The position numbers and the translations under genes are program-made. Shown piece by piece: positions 14,363 through 26,149 of a DNA stretch of 64,000 nt. The notes beneath the pieces are model-generated. The model saw nothing but the letters and a program-made list of their open reading frames with translations, ran no database searches and was not told the DNA's origin. The stretch spans positions 146,630,001-146,694,000 of the forward strand of contig OZ024742.1 of assembly GCA_964016885.1 (NCBI GenBank), read 5' to 3'. Each line of letters begins with the position of its first letter. Position 1 is the first letter of the stretch. This stretch comes from Eledone cirrhosa. Lineage: Eukaryota.

Positions 14363-14401
14363 AATATGGTTTTATAAATATAGTTTCCATTTGTTAATAT
14401 A

Positions 14402-14464
<63 letters not shown>

Positions 14465-14519
14465 TCATCATCATCATCATCGTTTAACGTCTATCTTCCA
14501 TGCTACCATGGGTTTAGAC

Positions 14520-14569
<50 letters not shown>

Positions 14570-14647
14570 CATACATACAATATACATACATGTCATCATC
14601 CTCATCATGATCATCATCGTTTAACGTCCATCTTCCATGCTAGCATG

Positions 14648-14853
14648 GAAACGATCGTTAAATAATGAACTTTTTTTGTTTAATATAAGGAATTGTTTGT
14701 TCATTATTTGTTTAATATTTTATCTTGACTCTGTATACCGTTTTTCTTTCACCGAAAGTCGTTTTTCATTGCATCTCTTCTTTCCATGATATCCGGAATA
14801 CATTGAGTTCTTCATACGGATTGGACACTACCGTAAACTCTTGGTAGATTTAT

Positions 14854-14858
<5 letters not shown>
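14648..14858 (+). mobile_element. 3'-terminal fragment of the PLE family at 38411-43182
   Basis: Starts with the HHR half GAAACGATCGTT; matches the reverse complement of 38411-38625; ends in (TA)n. Confidence 0.78.
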
Positions 14859-14883
<25 letters not shown>

Positions 14884-14885
<2 letters not shown>

Positions 14886-14980
14886 CGTTTCTGAATTTGT
14901 TTAGCAAGATTCTTTATCTGAAATCGTGTGTTGAAACCGATATTGTTATACTTATTGGCAACATGACCTTCCCAAAGTAT

Positions 14981-14988
<8 letters not shown>
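14884..14988. mobile_element. Tiny inverted terminal fragment related to the PLE at 34359-38031
   Basis: Reverse complement of GAAATCGTGTGTTGAAACCGATATTGTTATACTT matches 37976-38010; AAGTATAACAATA present in both orientations. Confidence 0.65.
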
Positions 14989-15020
<32 letters not shown>

Positions 15021-15024
<4 letters not shown>

Positions 15025-16190
15025 GAAAACGTCAACAGTACAAAAAAGGGGATTTATTTACAGTCTAACAATTGTTTCACTGATAGAGTTGTCTAAAAAT
15101 TGCTGAACACTAAAAGCAGTGCCACTCAATTTTAAATACGATGTTAACTGTATTAGATCTTCAGAAACTGTTAAAAAAATATATATGTAACCGGAAAATT
15201 TACAAATTCAAATTACATCATCAATAATAATATTAATAATAAAGATATAGAGAGAAAAAGAGGAAGAAAGGGAGATAGGTACAGTAAAGAGAGAAAGGAA
15301 AGGAAGGAGAAAGAAGAAGGAAAAAGAAAAAGAGAAAGAAGAAGAAAAGGAGAAATTATTATAGATAGAAATATAAAGAGAGGAACATATATAGAAGATG
15401 ATGGTAGATAGAGGAGAGACAAACATAAGTAAAAATAACGTATGATAGAAAAAAGAATAGAGGGACAAATAAATTAATAAACGTTAATACATGAATAAAT
15501 GTAAATAAAAATAAAAATAGATATATAAAAAATATATGAAAAAATGGTGGAATTATGATAATGTTAAATATATTTATGTGTGTATTGGTTATTTTAATAA
15601 ATCATTTAAATGAGGCTCTAAGTTTGACAATTCTTAGCCATTTTGAATTCGTTTCTGGCGGGGATCATTTAAAAAAAATCTTTGTCATTTAAGAAAAAAT
15701 CTTTGTCATTTAAGAAAAATCTTTGAGTTTGTCACCTGATGATTTCGAAGTTCATTGATTTATCCAAGATCGGATATTTCCAAAAAGCGAATGAAACCTT
15801 CGGGTGTAGAGATATGTTTTGATGATTTTGGTATGTTTATGTACATTTTTTCTTCTAACTTTGATTTTGTACCTAATCATGTATGGTTAACTATATGTCT
15901 AGTCAATTTCTACAGCCTATCAGAAATACTAGGTAAATTTTCTGTGGCTGTGAATCACGGATAAAAAGCTATCATTTATTTATCTATTATTTCTTCATAG
16001 GTATATTTTAAACTTATAGCCTCGTTTAAATGATTTTTTTATATGGTTGATTATGCTGATTTGGAGAAGAAATACTTTATCTAATGATTCTATGGACTTA
16101 CTTTCTTATATATTGCTCTGATTGTTGATTATTTAATTAATTAATTCGTCATTGAACCACACCGTGAATGGTTGCCAAAAACATATATAT
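15021..16190 (-). mobile_element. Probable non-autonomous HHR element (about 1.2 kb); boundaries uncertain
   Basis: HHR near its left (3') end next to (TA)n; internal inverted repeat 15600-15625/16010-16035. Confidence 0.5.
15061..15170 (-). ncRNA. Type I hammerhead motif with expanded stem II
   Basis: CAGUUU-CUGAAGA-(about 80 nt)-GAAAC-AAUU-GUU-AGACUG. Confidence 0.68.
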
Positions 16191-16266
16191 ATCTATATCT
16201 ATGGCTCTGTCTAGTTTATGTGTATGTAAACTTTTAAATTTTATATACTCCCTATTATATATATAG

Positions 16267-16345
16267 TGGAGGCACATGGCTTAGTGGTTAGAGCATTGGC
16301 CTTGCAATCGAAAGGTTGTGAGTTCAATTCTCAGACTGGGTGATT
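16267..16345 (+). mobile_element. tRNA-like SINE head, family 2
   Basis: Near-identical to the reverse complement of 5995-6073; no complete acceptor stem. Confidence 0.8.
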
Positions 16346-16869
16346 GTGGCTACAGACACTCATAGGCATCTTAATCCACTTTTTTCTGATTATATATGTA
16401 CACACACACACACACACAACACACACAATCCTAGAACTAATATTACAGCTTTATTCTAAATTTTAATTTGTAATGCTTAACTCCAGAAATAGAGCATATT
16501 AGTATAAATATTTAAACATAAAGAGAAAGTTCTTTGAGTTTACAATTCTCAACTAGTTTTGATAGATTTTGACATATGGTTATATACATGCTGGCAGCAA
16601 CAGTATATATAACTATTAATCTTTCTATGCTTGCTGATGTAGGCATGGTGTGTAGACATAATTTAGCTACACAACTTCTCTAGAAACATGAATGTATGTC
16701 CAATGCAAGTATATATTTATTTTAATGCATATTCTTTCTTTTAATTTTTATGTTACTTCATCTAAGTGAATATATGTATATATCAAAGGTATATGTTAAG
16801 TTAGAAACTCAAAATAGTCTCTTACAATTAAATAGCTCAAGGAAAATAATTTTTCTGGGCCATGTAATA

Positions 16870-17929
16870 TAATAATAATAATAATGAAATTATTGTGTAC
16901 AATGCTCAGGTACACTACAACTCATCAAAGGTGCATGTATAGTACATAGAATAATGTACAAATGTCAGGGATATGAATAGTGTATGAGTCATGATATACA
17001 TGTGTGCATGTGTAGGGAAGGGGAGTATTAGGTGTAGTGTTGGCAAATCTCAGGAAGCATGGAGGTTTTAAAGGATGCAGTATCTCAACAGCTAATAACT
17101 GATGCCGGGAGTTTGTTCCATGTTTCAGCAACTCTGAGCATGAAAAATTGTTTCCGAAAGTCATGGGAACTGTGCTGTTTTCTGACTTTATTAGCATGCC
17201 CACGTGTGTTAGACACATGGAAATCAAAAAGGTGCTCAGGGTTGTTGTTGGCAAGATGGTTAATAATTTAGTGGGTGTTTACCAAGTCAGTTGCCAGACA
17301 TTGGAGCTTTAATGTATCCATGCCCGGGGAAGCAAGGTGTTCAGAGTATGGTAGATGCCTGATGGAGGGTATTTGCTTGGTTGCACGTCTCTGAACAGTT
17401 TCCAAGTAGTCAATGTTCTGAGCAAGATAGGGGTTCCAGACTGGTGATGCAAATTCTAAGTGTGGTTGCACCATAGCTATATACTGCTTTAAATAGATAG
17501 CTGGAGAGTGGCTGACAAAGGTCTTGCTGAGTGATGTTAAGACACCCTCGGCCTTCTTGACAATTTTAGAGACATGTTTCGTCCAACGCAAATCGCTGCT
17601 GACAGTAATGCCCAGGTCAAGTTCACAAGAAGACTTCTTGATATTAGTGTTGGGGAGGGAGTATGTGGTCACTGGGTTTTTACTCCCAAAATGCATGGTG
17701 GTACACCTGTCCACAGCCAGCTTGAGTTGCCAGTCTGTGATCCATTGTTGCATTGTATCCAGGTCAGATTGTAGGCAAGATCTATAGTGTTCAGGATCTG
17801 TCCTTTTTATCTCAAGGTACAGCTTGATATCATCTGCATATTTCAGTACTGTGGCATTCTTTAAGTTAGCATCTATGTCATTAATATATGCCACAAATAA
17901 AAGAGGGCCAAGAACAGATCCCTGTGGTA
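16870..17929 (-). mobile_element. 5'-truncated CR1/L2-type LINE, decayed
   Basis: PQGSVLGPLLF, YINDI, YADDIKL, LQSDLD, PHLEFASPVWNP, VQRRATK; (ATT)n tail. Confidence 0.9.
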
Positions 17930-18450
17930 ATTGAATATAAAAGAGAGATAGACACAGATATGTTCAAATCGTAAAGGACCAGATTCGCTAAGGTGAAACT
18001 ATGAACAATAGGGTTTGTCAGACTATGAACAATAGGGTTTGTCAATTTAAAAGAATAAATTAAGAAAAAAAATATAAACCGAAATTGTGATAACGGTCAG
18101 ACATCCAGACAGCTTTTGGTAATGTTGTTTCGCAATTTAGTGATAGGGAATTACCATTTCTATTGCTCTTTAGTGGGTGTGGAAATTAGTAAACCCTTCA
18201 CTTCTAAGTATCTCAGAAGACTGAATGGTGTGCATATATAAAATAACGCACATGGCATCCAGAGTCCAGCATGTCTTGTAAAACGTATGCTACTAAAAAT
18301 AGTAGCCAAGTTCACTCGACATTTAAATTAGCAGATTCAATCAGCCGAATATATCAAAGGTATATATTGAGTTAGAAACTCAAAATAGTCTCTCACAATT
18401 TGAACACATATATGTATATATCTGCGTTTATCTCTCTTTTATATTCAATT
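17929..18450. repeat. Element with about 40-bp inverted termini
   Basis: AATTGAATATAAAAGAGAGATA at the left end is mirrored at the right end; internal segment 18352-18400 recurs at 16780-16828. Confidence 0.55.
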
Positions 18451-18482
18451 ATATATATATATATATATATAGATATATAAAA

Positions 18483-19048
18483 AAGTACAGGGCGATCAAA
18501 ATAGACGGTAGCTACGGAGTAGGCAGACCGAGAAAAACCTGGGACGACTTGATAAATTCCGACCTCACACACTTACACCTCTCCAAGACAATGTCACTGG
18601 ACCAAGATCTTTGGCGCTACGTAGTAATACAGAAGACCCGCCTTGCCTAAGTACAAAGCGAAACCTACAGTCAGTAGGCACCTCTTAACCAAAATACACC
18701 CCCGTCCCAACCCTACCCCCACCGCCATCTACACCACCCCTTTCGATGTAAAGCTATGTTGGTACCACAACATCCAGTCCTAAATAAATGAGGTCGTGTA
18801 GGTGTCACAACAAAAAAACACACAGTCCATGCTGTAATGTGACCGTGTAGGTAACACGGTAAAAACCTCCCAGTCCACACTGTAAACGTGGTTGGTGTTA
18901 GGAAGGGCATCCAGCCGTAGAAAACCCGCCAGACAGTACTGAGCAAGACAACTAATCTTGCCTCATGTGGGACAATTCCCATCCAGACCCATGCTAGCGT
19001 GGAAAATGGACGTTAAACAATGTTGATGATAATGAAGATGATGATGAT
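18483..19048 (+). mobile_element. 5'-truncated RTE 3' end with (GAT)n tail
   Basis: Colinear with 49488-50040; encodes GRPRKTWDD. Confidence 0.88.
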
Positions 19049-19129
19049 ATATATATACCCATGCTAGCGTGGAAAATAGACACTAAAGGATGATGATGAT
19101 GATATATATATATATCTCGTATATATATA

Positions 19130-19193
<64 letters not shown>

Positions 19194-19260
19194 TATATAT
19201 ATATACGAGATATATATATATATCATCATCATCCGGTATGGTGAACTAACTGTTATATAT

Positions 19261-19463
19261 ATAGAAGTGGTTACACAACAGTTAGTTCACCATACCGAGA
19301 ACAATTGTTTCACCTTCGCGGATCTTCAGCTCGGGATGTATATGGTTATAGGAATAGCTGTTCTCGGTATGGTGAACTAACTGTTGTGTAACCACTTCTA
19401 TCTAACTCGTCCCTTGGACTGAGTGTTCTACCACTACGGATATTACCTTCCAGTGTTCCACTA

Positions 19464-19467
<4 letters not shown>
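19261..19467. mobile_element. Inverted HHR terminal fragment of the PLE family ending at 45343
   Basis: Arms 19261-19303/19359-19401; homologous to 45263-45343. Confidence 0.82.
19291..19338 (-). ncRNA. Minimal type I hammerhead motif
   Basis: CCGAG-CUGAAGA-uccgcgaaggu-GAAAC-AAUU-GUU-CUCGG. Confidence 0.82.
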
Positions 19468-19494
<27 letters not shown>

Positions 19495-19674
19495 CCATGC
19501 TAGCAGGGAAAAGCGGACGTAAAATGATGATGATGATGATGATGATGATATCCAATCGTTCCTCGAGCTGATCGGCAGTGAAACATATGTAATATGTAAT
19601 CTGTAATTAGATATGTATATGATGTAATACTGATTCTTTGTTCCTTATTTATTATTATTATATATATTACAATG

Positions 19675-19865
19675 GGCGGTGGATTGGCAGTATCGGTAGA
19701 GGGTCGGACGCTCTGCTTTGCAGCAAAGAGTTACGGCCATTTATGATCTGAGTTCAAATCCCGCCGAGGTTAACTTTGCCTTTCATCCTTACGGGGGTCG
19801 ATAAAATAAAGTACCAGTAATACACTGGGTAATTGCTGGCCTTGTGCCTAACGTAGAAACAATTA
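19675..19865 (+). mobile_element. tRNA-derived SINE, family 1
   Basis: Colinear with 5122-5312. Confidence 0.88.
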
Positions 19866-21521
19866 TCTATATATATAAAACTGTGGTTGTCTGTCTGTCT
19901 ATCGATTTTTGGCACACATCTCCTCTTAGAATCTCTCACGGAATTGCACCGAAATTGCTATACTTGTACATTGAGCCCTAGCGAAGACATCGGAAAAAAA
20001 ATATTTCAAATTGACCCGCCCTATCTGACGAAATCGAATATAATGTATCGATTTTTGAGCGTAAGTTATCAGTTATTTCCCTTTGTTCTGTTTACATTGA
20101 GCGTCTGCGTGCAAAAATTAAAAAAATTACGCTGGCTTTCTCAGCGTTTAAAATGACATTAACACAATAATTTTTACTTGAAAACAAGTCTATTTAAAGA
20201 CTACGTAAAACAAGCAAATATTTCGTAAAAAAAAGCAAAAATTATATAAGTTTATTTAAAATATATGTATCTGTAAATTTCGTTACGCATGCAGTCAGTT
20301 TTATATATATAGATGATAAACAATAATATCCTCTATGAGGTCACTAAACCTGCTAGAAACAGCAGCTAACTCTCCCTCATATCACACCACTCCCTACTGT
20401 CTTAAATTTAGAAAACACATATCCTCTATGAGGTTACTAAACCTGCTAGAAACAGCAGCTAACTCTCCCTCATATCACACCACTCCCTACTGTCTTAAAT
20501 TTAGAAAACACATATCCTCTATGAGGTCACTAAACCTGCTAGAAACAGCAGCTAACTCTCCCTCATATCACACCACTCCCTACTGTCTTAAATTTAGAAA
20601 ACATATCTTCTATGAGGTCACTAAACCTGCTAGAAACAGCAGCTAACTCTCCCTCATATCACACCACTCCCTACTGTCTTAAATTTAGAAAACACATATC
20701 CTCTATGAGGTCACTAAACCTGCTAGAAACAGCAGCTAACTCTCCCTCATATCACACCACTCCCTACTGTCTTAAATTTAGAAAACACATATCCTCTATG
20801 AGGTTACTAAACCTGCTAGAAACAGCAGCTAACTCTCCCTCATATCACACCACTCCCTACTGTCTTAAATTTAGAAAACACATATCCTCTATGAGGTTAC
20901 TAAACCTGCTAGAAACAGCAGCTAACTCTCCCTCATATCACACCACTCCCTACTGTCTTAAATTTAGAAAACATATCTTCTATGAGGTCACTAAACCTGC
21001 TAGAAACAGCAGCTAACTCTCCCTCATATCACACCACTCCCTACTGTCTTAAATTTAGAAAACACATATCCTCTATGAGGTCACTAAACCTGCTAGAAAC
21101 AGCAGCTAACTCTCCCTCATATCACACCACTCCCTACTGTCTTAAATTTAGAAAACACATATCCTCTATGAGGTCACTAAACCTGCTAGAAACAACAGCT
21201 AACTCTCCCTCATATCACAACCCTCCCTACTGTCTTAAATTTAGAAAACACACAGACAACCATGCAGAACAACTCCATCGCAGCTCTGTTGTTCGGCTGG
21301 CATCGTCTACTCGCGTGTTGCGCAAGTACTGTGAAACAATAAATTTCAACACTTTTTTGCACAGAGATAATATCCATAGGCGAAACTACAATTGTCACTG
21401 CTGGCGCAGCTCATGCTTCCAGGTCTGCAATTCATTCACCCAGTGCCTGGCAGACAAAAAAGTGCTGCAACCTAACTTTGGTAACTTAATGACCCCGAGC
21501 AACGCCGGGCTTTAATGCTAG
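19866..21521 (+). mobile_element. Non-autonomous Helitron, copy 1
   Basis: 5' TC end; 3' hairpin CCCGAGCAACGCCGGG about 11 nt before terminal CTAG; the pair sits in an A|T site without TSD. Confidence 0.8.
20326..21251. repeat. Tandem array of ten 91-93 bp units
   Basis: Unit starts at 20326, 20419, 20512, 20603, 20696, 20789, 20882, 20973, 21066 and 21159. Confidence 0.97.
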
Positions 21522-22575
21522 TCTATATATATAAAACTGTGGTTGTCTGTCTGTCTATCGATTTTTGGCACACATCTCCTCTTAGAATCTCTCACGGAAT
21601 TGCACCGAAATTGCTATACTTGTACATTGAGCCCTAGCGAAGACATCGGAAAAAAATATTTCAAATTGACCCGCCCTATCTGACGAAATCGAATATAATG
21701 TATCGATTTTTGAGCGTAAGTTATCAGTTATTTCCCTTTGTTCTGTTTACATTGAGCGTCTTACGTAAAAAATTACGCTGGCTTTCTCAGCGTTTAAAAT
21801 GACATTAACACAATACACGAACAGTTGTCGAGCCAGCAAAATATTGACCTGCAAAATTCATCAGTTCAAACACTAAGCTTCCGTTTTGCTTCATTTCCAT
21901 TTAAAAGCATTTTAAAACAATATTTTTACTTGAAAACAAGTCTATTTAAAGACTACGTAAAACAAGCAAATATTTCGTAAAAAAAAGCAAAAATTATATA
22001 AGTTTATTTAAAATATATGTATCTGTAAATTTCGTTAGGCGTGCAGACAGACAGTCGTGCAGACAGACAGTCGTGCAGACAGACAGTCGTGCAGAGAGGT
22101 GATATACGCGTGCAGACAGATAGTCGTGCAGAGAGGTGATATAGGCGTGCAGACAGACAGTCGTGCAGAGAGGTGATATAGGCGTGCAGACAGACAGTCG
22201 TGCAGAGAGGTGATATAGGCGTGCAGACAGATAGTCGTGCAGAGAGGTGATATAGGCGTGCAGATAGACATAACTGATAATTTGGTTACGCTAATGTTTT
22301 TCTCTGCGTTGCAGTGTTTACATTTTCGATCTTTGTTAATAAATAACCAGTGCAGTTTTTATCTCCAGCATCCTCTTTTGTTATAACATTGGGGTTATCG
22401 TTATGTTTTCTTAACTTCATAAGGCATATTGTTGGTTGAGGGAATATTAATCAAAAACACCACATGCAAGTCTGCACAGTAGACACTACAGTTTTTAAGC
22501 CAATAAAGAAACTTAACATTGTAACTTTAACACAGCTACTGAGCGACCCCGAGCAACGCCGGGCTTTACTGCTAG
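21522..22575 (+). mobile_element. Non-autonomous Helitron, copy 2 (head-to-tail with copy 1)
   Basis: Same 5' region and same 3' hairpin plus CTAG; junction CTAG|TC. Confidence 0.85.
22036..22268. repeat. 16/37-bp minisatellite (CGTGCAGACAGACAGT core)
   Basis: Directly visible inside Helitron copy 2. Confidence 0.93.
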
Positions 22576-22705
22576 TATATATATATACAATTATATATAT
22601 ATGTATGTGTGTATTTAGAGAGAGGGAGAAAGAGGAAGAGTGTGATTAAACAAAAGAAAAAACTCAGTATGCTTCATACATTTTATATTTATTTGTTTCT
22701 ATAAA

Positions 22706-22799
22706 CAGTTTGTTTCAGAATGGTATTACTTAAAATTTAACAGGGATCTATTTCCTTGTTCCTATGAAATTTTAAGTAGTGTTATTCTAAGTCAAACTG
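22706..22799 (+). other. About 94-nt hairpin, pre-miRNA-like or old MITE
   Basis: 22 contiguous pairs including 4 G-U, plus basal stem CAGUUUG/CAAACUG. Confidence 0.5.
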
Positions 22800-22930
22800 C
22801 TTATACACATACACAGAAGCACTACACACCACACCACACCATATGCCATGCACAGATATATATTTGTAAGTGTGTGTGTGTATATAGTCTTTAGGATTTA
22901 TAACACTGTTACTCAGAGTTTCACCAAATG

Positions 22931-22974
<44 letters not shown>

Positions 22975-22984
22975 ATAAATAAAA

Positions 22985-23318
22985 AAATTTGTTCTACATG
23001 GCTGAATACAATAAATGTCATCTAAGTTTTTTTAATATTAATGATAATATTCGATTCCTTTGCAATTATGCAAACAAGCCTCATTTTTAAAGCAATATCA
23101 TATATTTTCACTAGTTCTGATAGTTGGCAGGTGAACAGTGAGCTGTACTGATGAAGGGTAATACCCAGAAACATTAGTGTCTGCAGTTCTGCTTACATGC
23201 CAACACAAGAGCAAGAAAGCGGGGCTCATTCTACTGATATGGCTTTAAAAATGAGGCTTGTTTGCATGATTGCAAACGAATCAAATATTATTATTAATAT
23301 TCAAAAAACTCAGATTAC

Positions 23319-23323
<5 letters not shown>
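22985..23323. mobile_element. Inverted-repeat HHR element
   Basis: 23011-23100 mirrors 23234-23323; HHR lies between the arms. Confidence 0.8.
23140..23189 (+). ncRNA. Type I hammerhead motif
   Basis: GAGCUGUA-CUGAUGA-aGGGUaauACCCa-GAAAC-AUUAGU-GUC-UGCAGUUC; all stems can be formed. Confidence 0.88.
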
Positions 23324-23383
<60 letters not shown>

Positions 23384-23978
23384 TTGTAGTGCACCTGAGC
23401 AGTGTACACAATTTCCATTATTATTATAATATTTCTGAGGATCATTGGACAAACAAAAATACAAATAGTCTATTTTTAGAGTTCCTATTTCCTGTCTCGC
23501 ACAACATAGGGTCAAGGAATAATATACATCTAAGGGTGTGGATTGCTTACCTTGGGCCAGTTGTTTTCAGGGCTAATATATATTTTCAATAAAAAGCAGT
23601 GTTACTAACTTCAGAAAAAGTAAGTAGTAGGTAAAGAAGGAATCAGAAATGACTAGAAGAGGGTTGTGCTTTAAGTTAGCTGAAACCAAAGTGATATGTG
23701 AGGTTGCATATACACTTGTTTGGTTTGTAAATATAAAAGTCGATAAAAGGCATAGCTACATGAAAATGTGGGATAAAATTAAAATATCTGGCCAGCAAAT
23801 GGATTTAGTGGATCTGCTCACACATGTTTAATTCTGCAGCGAAGCAGAAATCCAGAATTTCAACAGGAATTTGATGGTGACATCTGCTGATAAATACTGA
23901 TCTGGTATTTAAATACCTTAGTGTGTTTTTAATACTGTACAGTATAATGCTCTTTTCTGTTATGCATATATATATATA

Positions 23979-24154
23979 TCATCATCATCATCATCATCAT
24001 TTCATTTTACGTCGGCTTTTTTCCCTGCTTGCAAGGGTGGGACAGGAACTGATTCTGGCTTGATTTCTACAGCTGGATGCCCTTCCTAACAACAATCTCA
24101 TTTACAGAGAGTGCTGGATGCTTTTTTGCCATGGCACCTCCACGACCACTTTAC
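23979..24154 (-). mobile_element. RTE 3'-end-related fragment with (GAT)n tail
   Basis: Shares the GGAAGGGCATCCAGCTGTAGAAA and terminal GACGTAAAA...GATGATGAT motifs. Confidence 0.75.
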
Positions 24155-24243
24155 AGTAGAAGCCATTTCTATATTAAACATTTAAATTCTGCTATGTATT
24201 GAGTACCTTACTTACTGTGATTACCCTCGATTGAACCCGGGAT
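24155..24243 (+). mobile_element. 3' tail fragment of the HHR family at 13722
   Basis: GTAGAAGCCATTTCTATATTAA...GTATTGAGTACCTTACTTACTGTG...GATTGAACCC. Confidence 0.75.
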
Positions 24244-24285
<42 letters not shown>

Positions 24286-25322
24286 TGTGTATGTATATAT
24301 GTATGAATGTATGTATGTGTGTATGTCGAGTTTGGACACCCTGCAGGACAAAAAGCAAAACCTGACAAAGGGCGAAAGAACTCTTAAGAGTCAATGGCCA
24401 TCCAAAAATGTGTAAATATGTATATACACATGTACATATGTATGTATATGTATATATGTATATGCATGTGTGCATGTGTATGTATATGTGCGGGGACATA
24501 GAAATAGTCAGGCTGGACACCCGATTGTGCAGTTAAACCACTGGGAGTGAAGGACCCGAACCCTTTGTCAGGGCATTCTTCTAGGAGAAGGCAACTCAGG
24601 AAACTGGGATAACTCTGATATAAAACCTGCGGCTCAGTAGTTACCGATGATGTTGATCTTTTCTTCTTTTCGGGTTATAGCTACTGTCGCTCAGAGAGTG
24701 GGATTGGCTCAGTGCACAGTCTTTCTTCACATTAAAAAAGATCTTCACACACAGGCATTGCACGATAGAATTAATTAATAATTATTAATGATGGTATATC
24801 GTGAAATGGCTATACTCGATGATTCGGGGGCAGCCATCATGTATGTATGCATGAACATATGTATGTATGCATGCATGTATGTATACATATAAATATTTAC
24901 ATATATGTGTGTGTGTGTGTGTGTGTGTGTCATTTTTGGGTTTGTTTCTTAAGATTTTTTCAAGTTTAAACATGTGATGAAACAAATATTTATGGCACAG
25001 ATGGTTCCAGTTTGTTGGCATCAGAATCAGAAAATACTATGACATCTTTCGCATTTCATCTTCATCCATTTATGTACACCAAAATCTATATCAATAGATA
25101 AATATGGGGATACTACATCCATTCTACCGTAATAAAATGCACCTAGTACATGGTGTAAAACAGTTCATGTTAGGAGGGGCATCAAGCCATAAAAACCACA
25201 CCAAAATGGGGAAGATATTGAGCAGGACATGGTCATCTGATTCATCTTAGAACTTAACAAATTTTCAAATCAATACCAGCATAGAAAACAGACATAAAAC
25301 AGTGATAATTGTTGATGAAGAT

Positions 25323-25357
<35 letters not shown>

Positions 25358-25359
<2 letters not shown>

Positions 25360-25683
25360 GTACAAGCCGAAGCTGAAGCATACAGACAATATGCCCCCAC
25401 CCCTCCCACTGCAAAGTGGTTGTGTAGGTGTCACGACGATAAAGCACCCAGTCCACACTGTAAAGTGGTCGTGTAAGCGCCACAGTAAAAAAGTACCCAG
25501 TACTCACTGTAAATGAGGTTGCTGTTAGGAAGGGCATCCAGCTGTAGAAATCAAGCCAAAATTAGTTTCCGTATGAGCAAGACGTGGTCACCCGACCTGG
25601 CATTGCCCACAACAGGACAACCCGTCTAACCCATGCTAGCATGGAAGAATGGACGTAAAACGGTGATGATGATGATGATGATG

Positions 25684-25685
<2 letters not shown>
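25358..25685 (+). mobile_element. RTE 3'-UTR-related short copy with (GAT)n tail
   Basis: Shares CCAGTCCACACTGTAA repeats and the terminus with 49700-50040. Confidence 0.8.
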
Positions 25686-25730
<45 letters not shown>

Positions 25731-25888
25731 GAATTGGTGCTCTGAAATAGCGATGTATACATGAATATATATATAGTATATTTGGCAATATACTGTATGC
25801 TTAATTAAAAACATTTTGAAGACCTTGCGCTATTATTTTAAAGTAGTGACTATGTCACTTACTTCTTTTTTCAACAAACAAAGGGAGA

Positions 25889-25934
25889 TAAGCCGACAGA
25901 TCTGTTTCACACTGTTGGTGATCATCAGAGCTTA
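25889..25934 (-). ncRNA. Minimal type I hammerhead motif
   Basis: UAAGCU-CUGAUGA-uCACcaacaGUGu-GAAAC-AGAUCU-GUC-GGCUUA. Confidence 0.85.
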
Positions 25935-26103
25935 GCATTTGCCGATGTTTGTTGAAAATTATATAGGCTGGATTCTTATAGAATTCCAGTAATAATCAAG
26001 AACTGATTATACAGAGCGATTGCTGGTCCAGCAAAAATTGAAAATTAGGATTGGTGCTCTGAAATAGCGATGTATACCTGAATATATGTACATCGGCAAG
26101 TGC

Positions 26104-26149
26104 TAAGCTCTGATGATCACCAACAATGTGAAACAGATCTGTCAGTATA
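26104..26149 (+). ncRNA. Hammerhead motif, stems partly mutated
   Basis: Mirror of 25889-25934 with substitutions in stems I and II. Confidence 0.65.

Larger units (their letters stand above)
13937..14400. mobile_element. Perfect palindromic HHR element (186-bp arms, centre 14214) with extra 3' tail on the left
   Basis: 14028-14213 is the reverse complement of 14215-14400; HHRs at 14066-14135(-) and 14293-14362(+). Confidence 0.9.

Noticed and set aside
16267-16345. tRNA gene
   Set aside because: No acceptor-stem pairing; matches a SINE head
20326-21251. Possible CRISPR array or repeat-protein ORFs (20335, 20612, 20982)
   Set aside because: Units are near-identical with no unique spacers and no cas genes; 91-bp units break the frame
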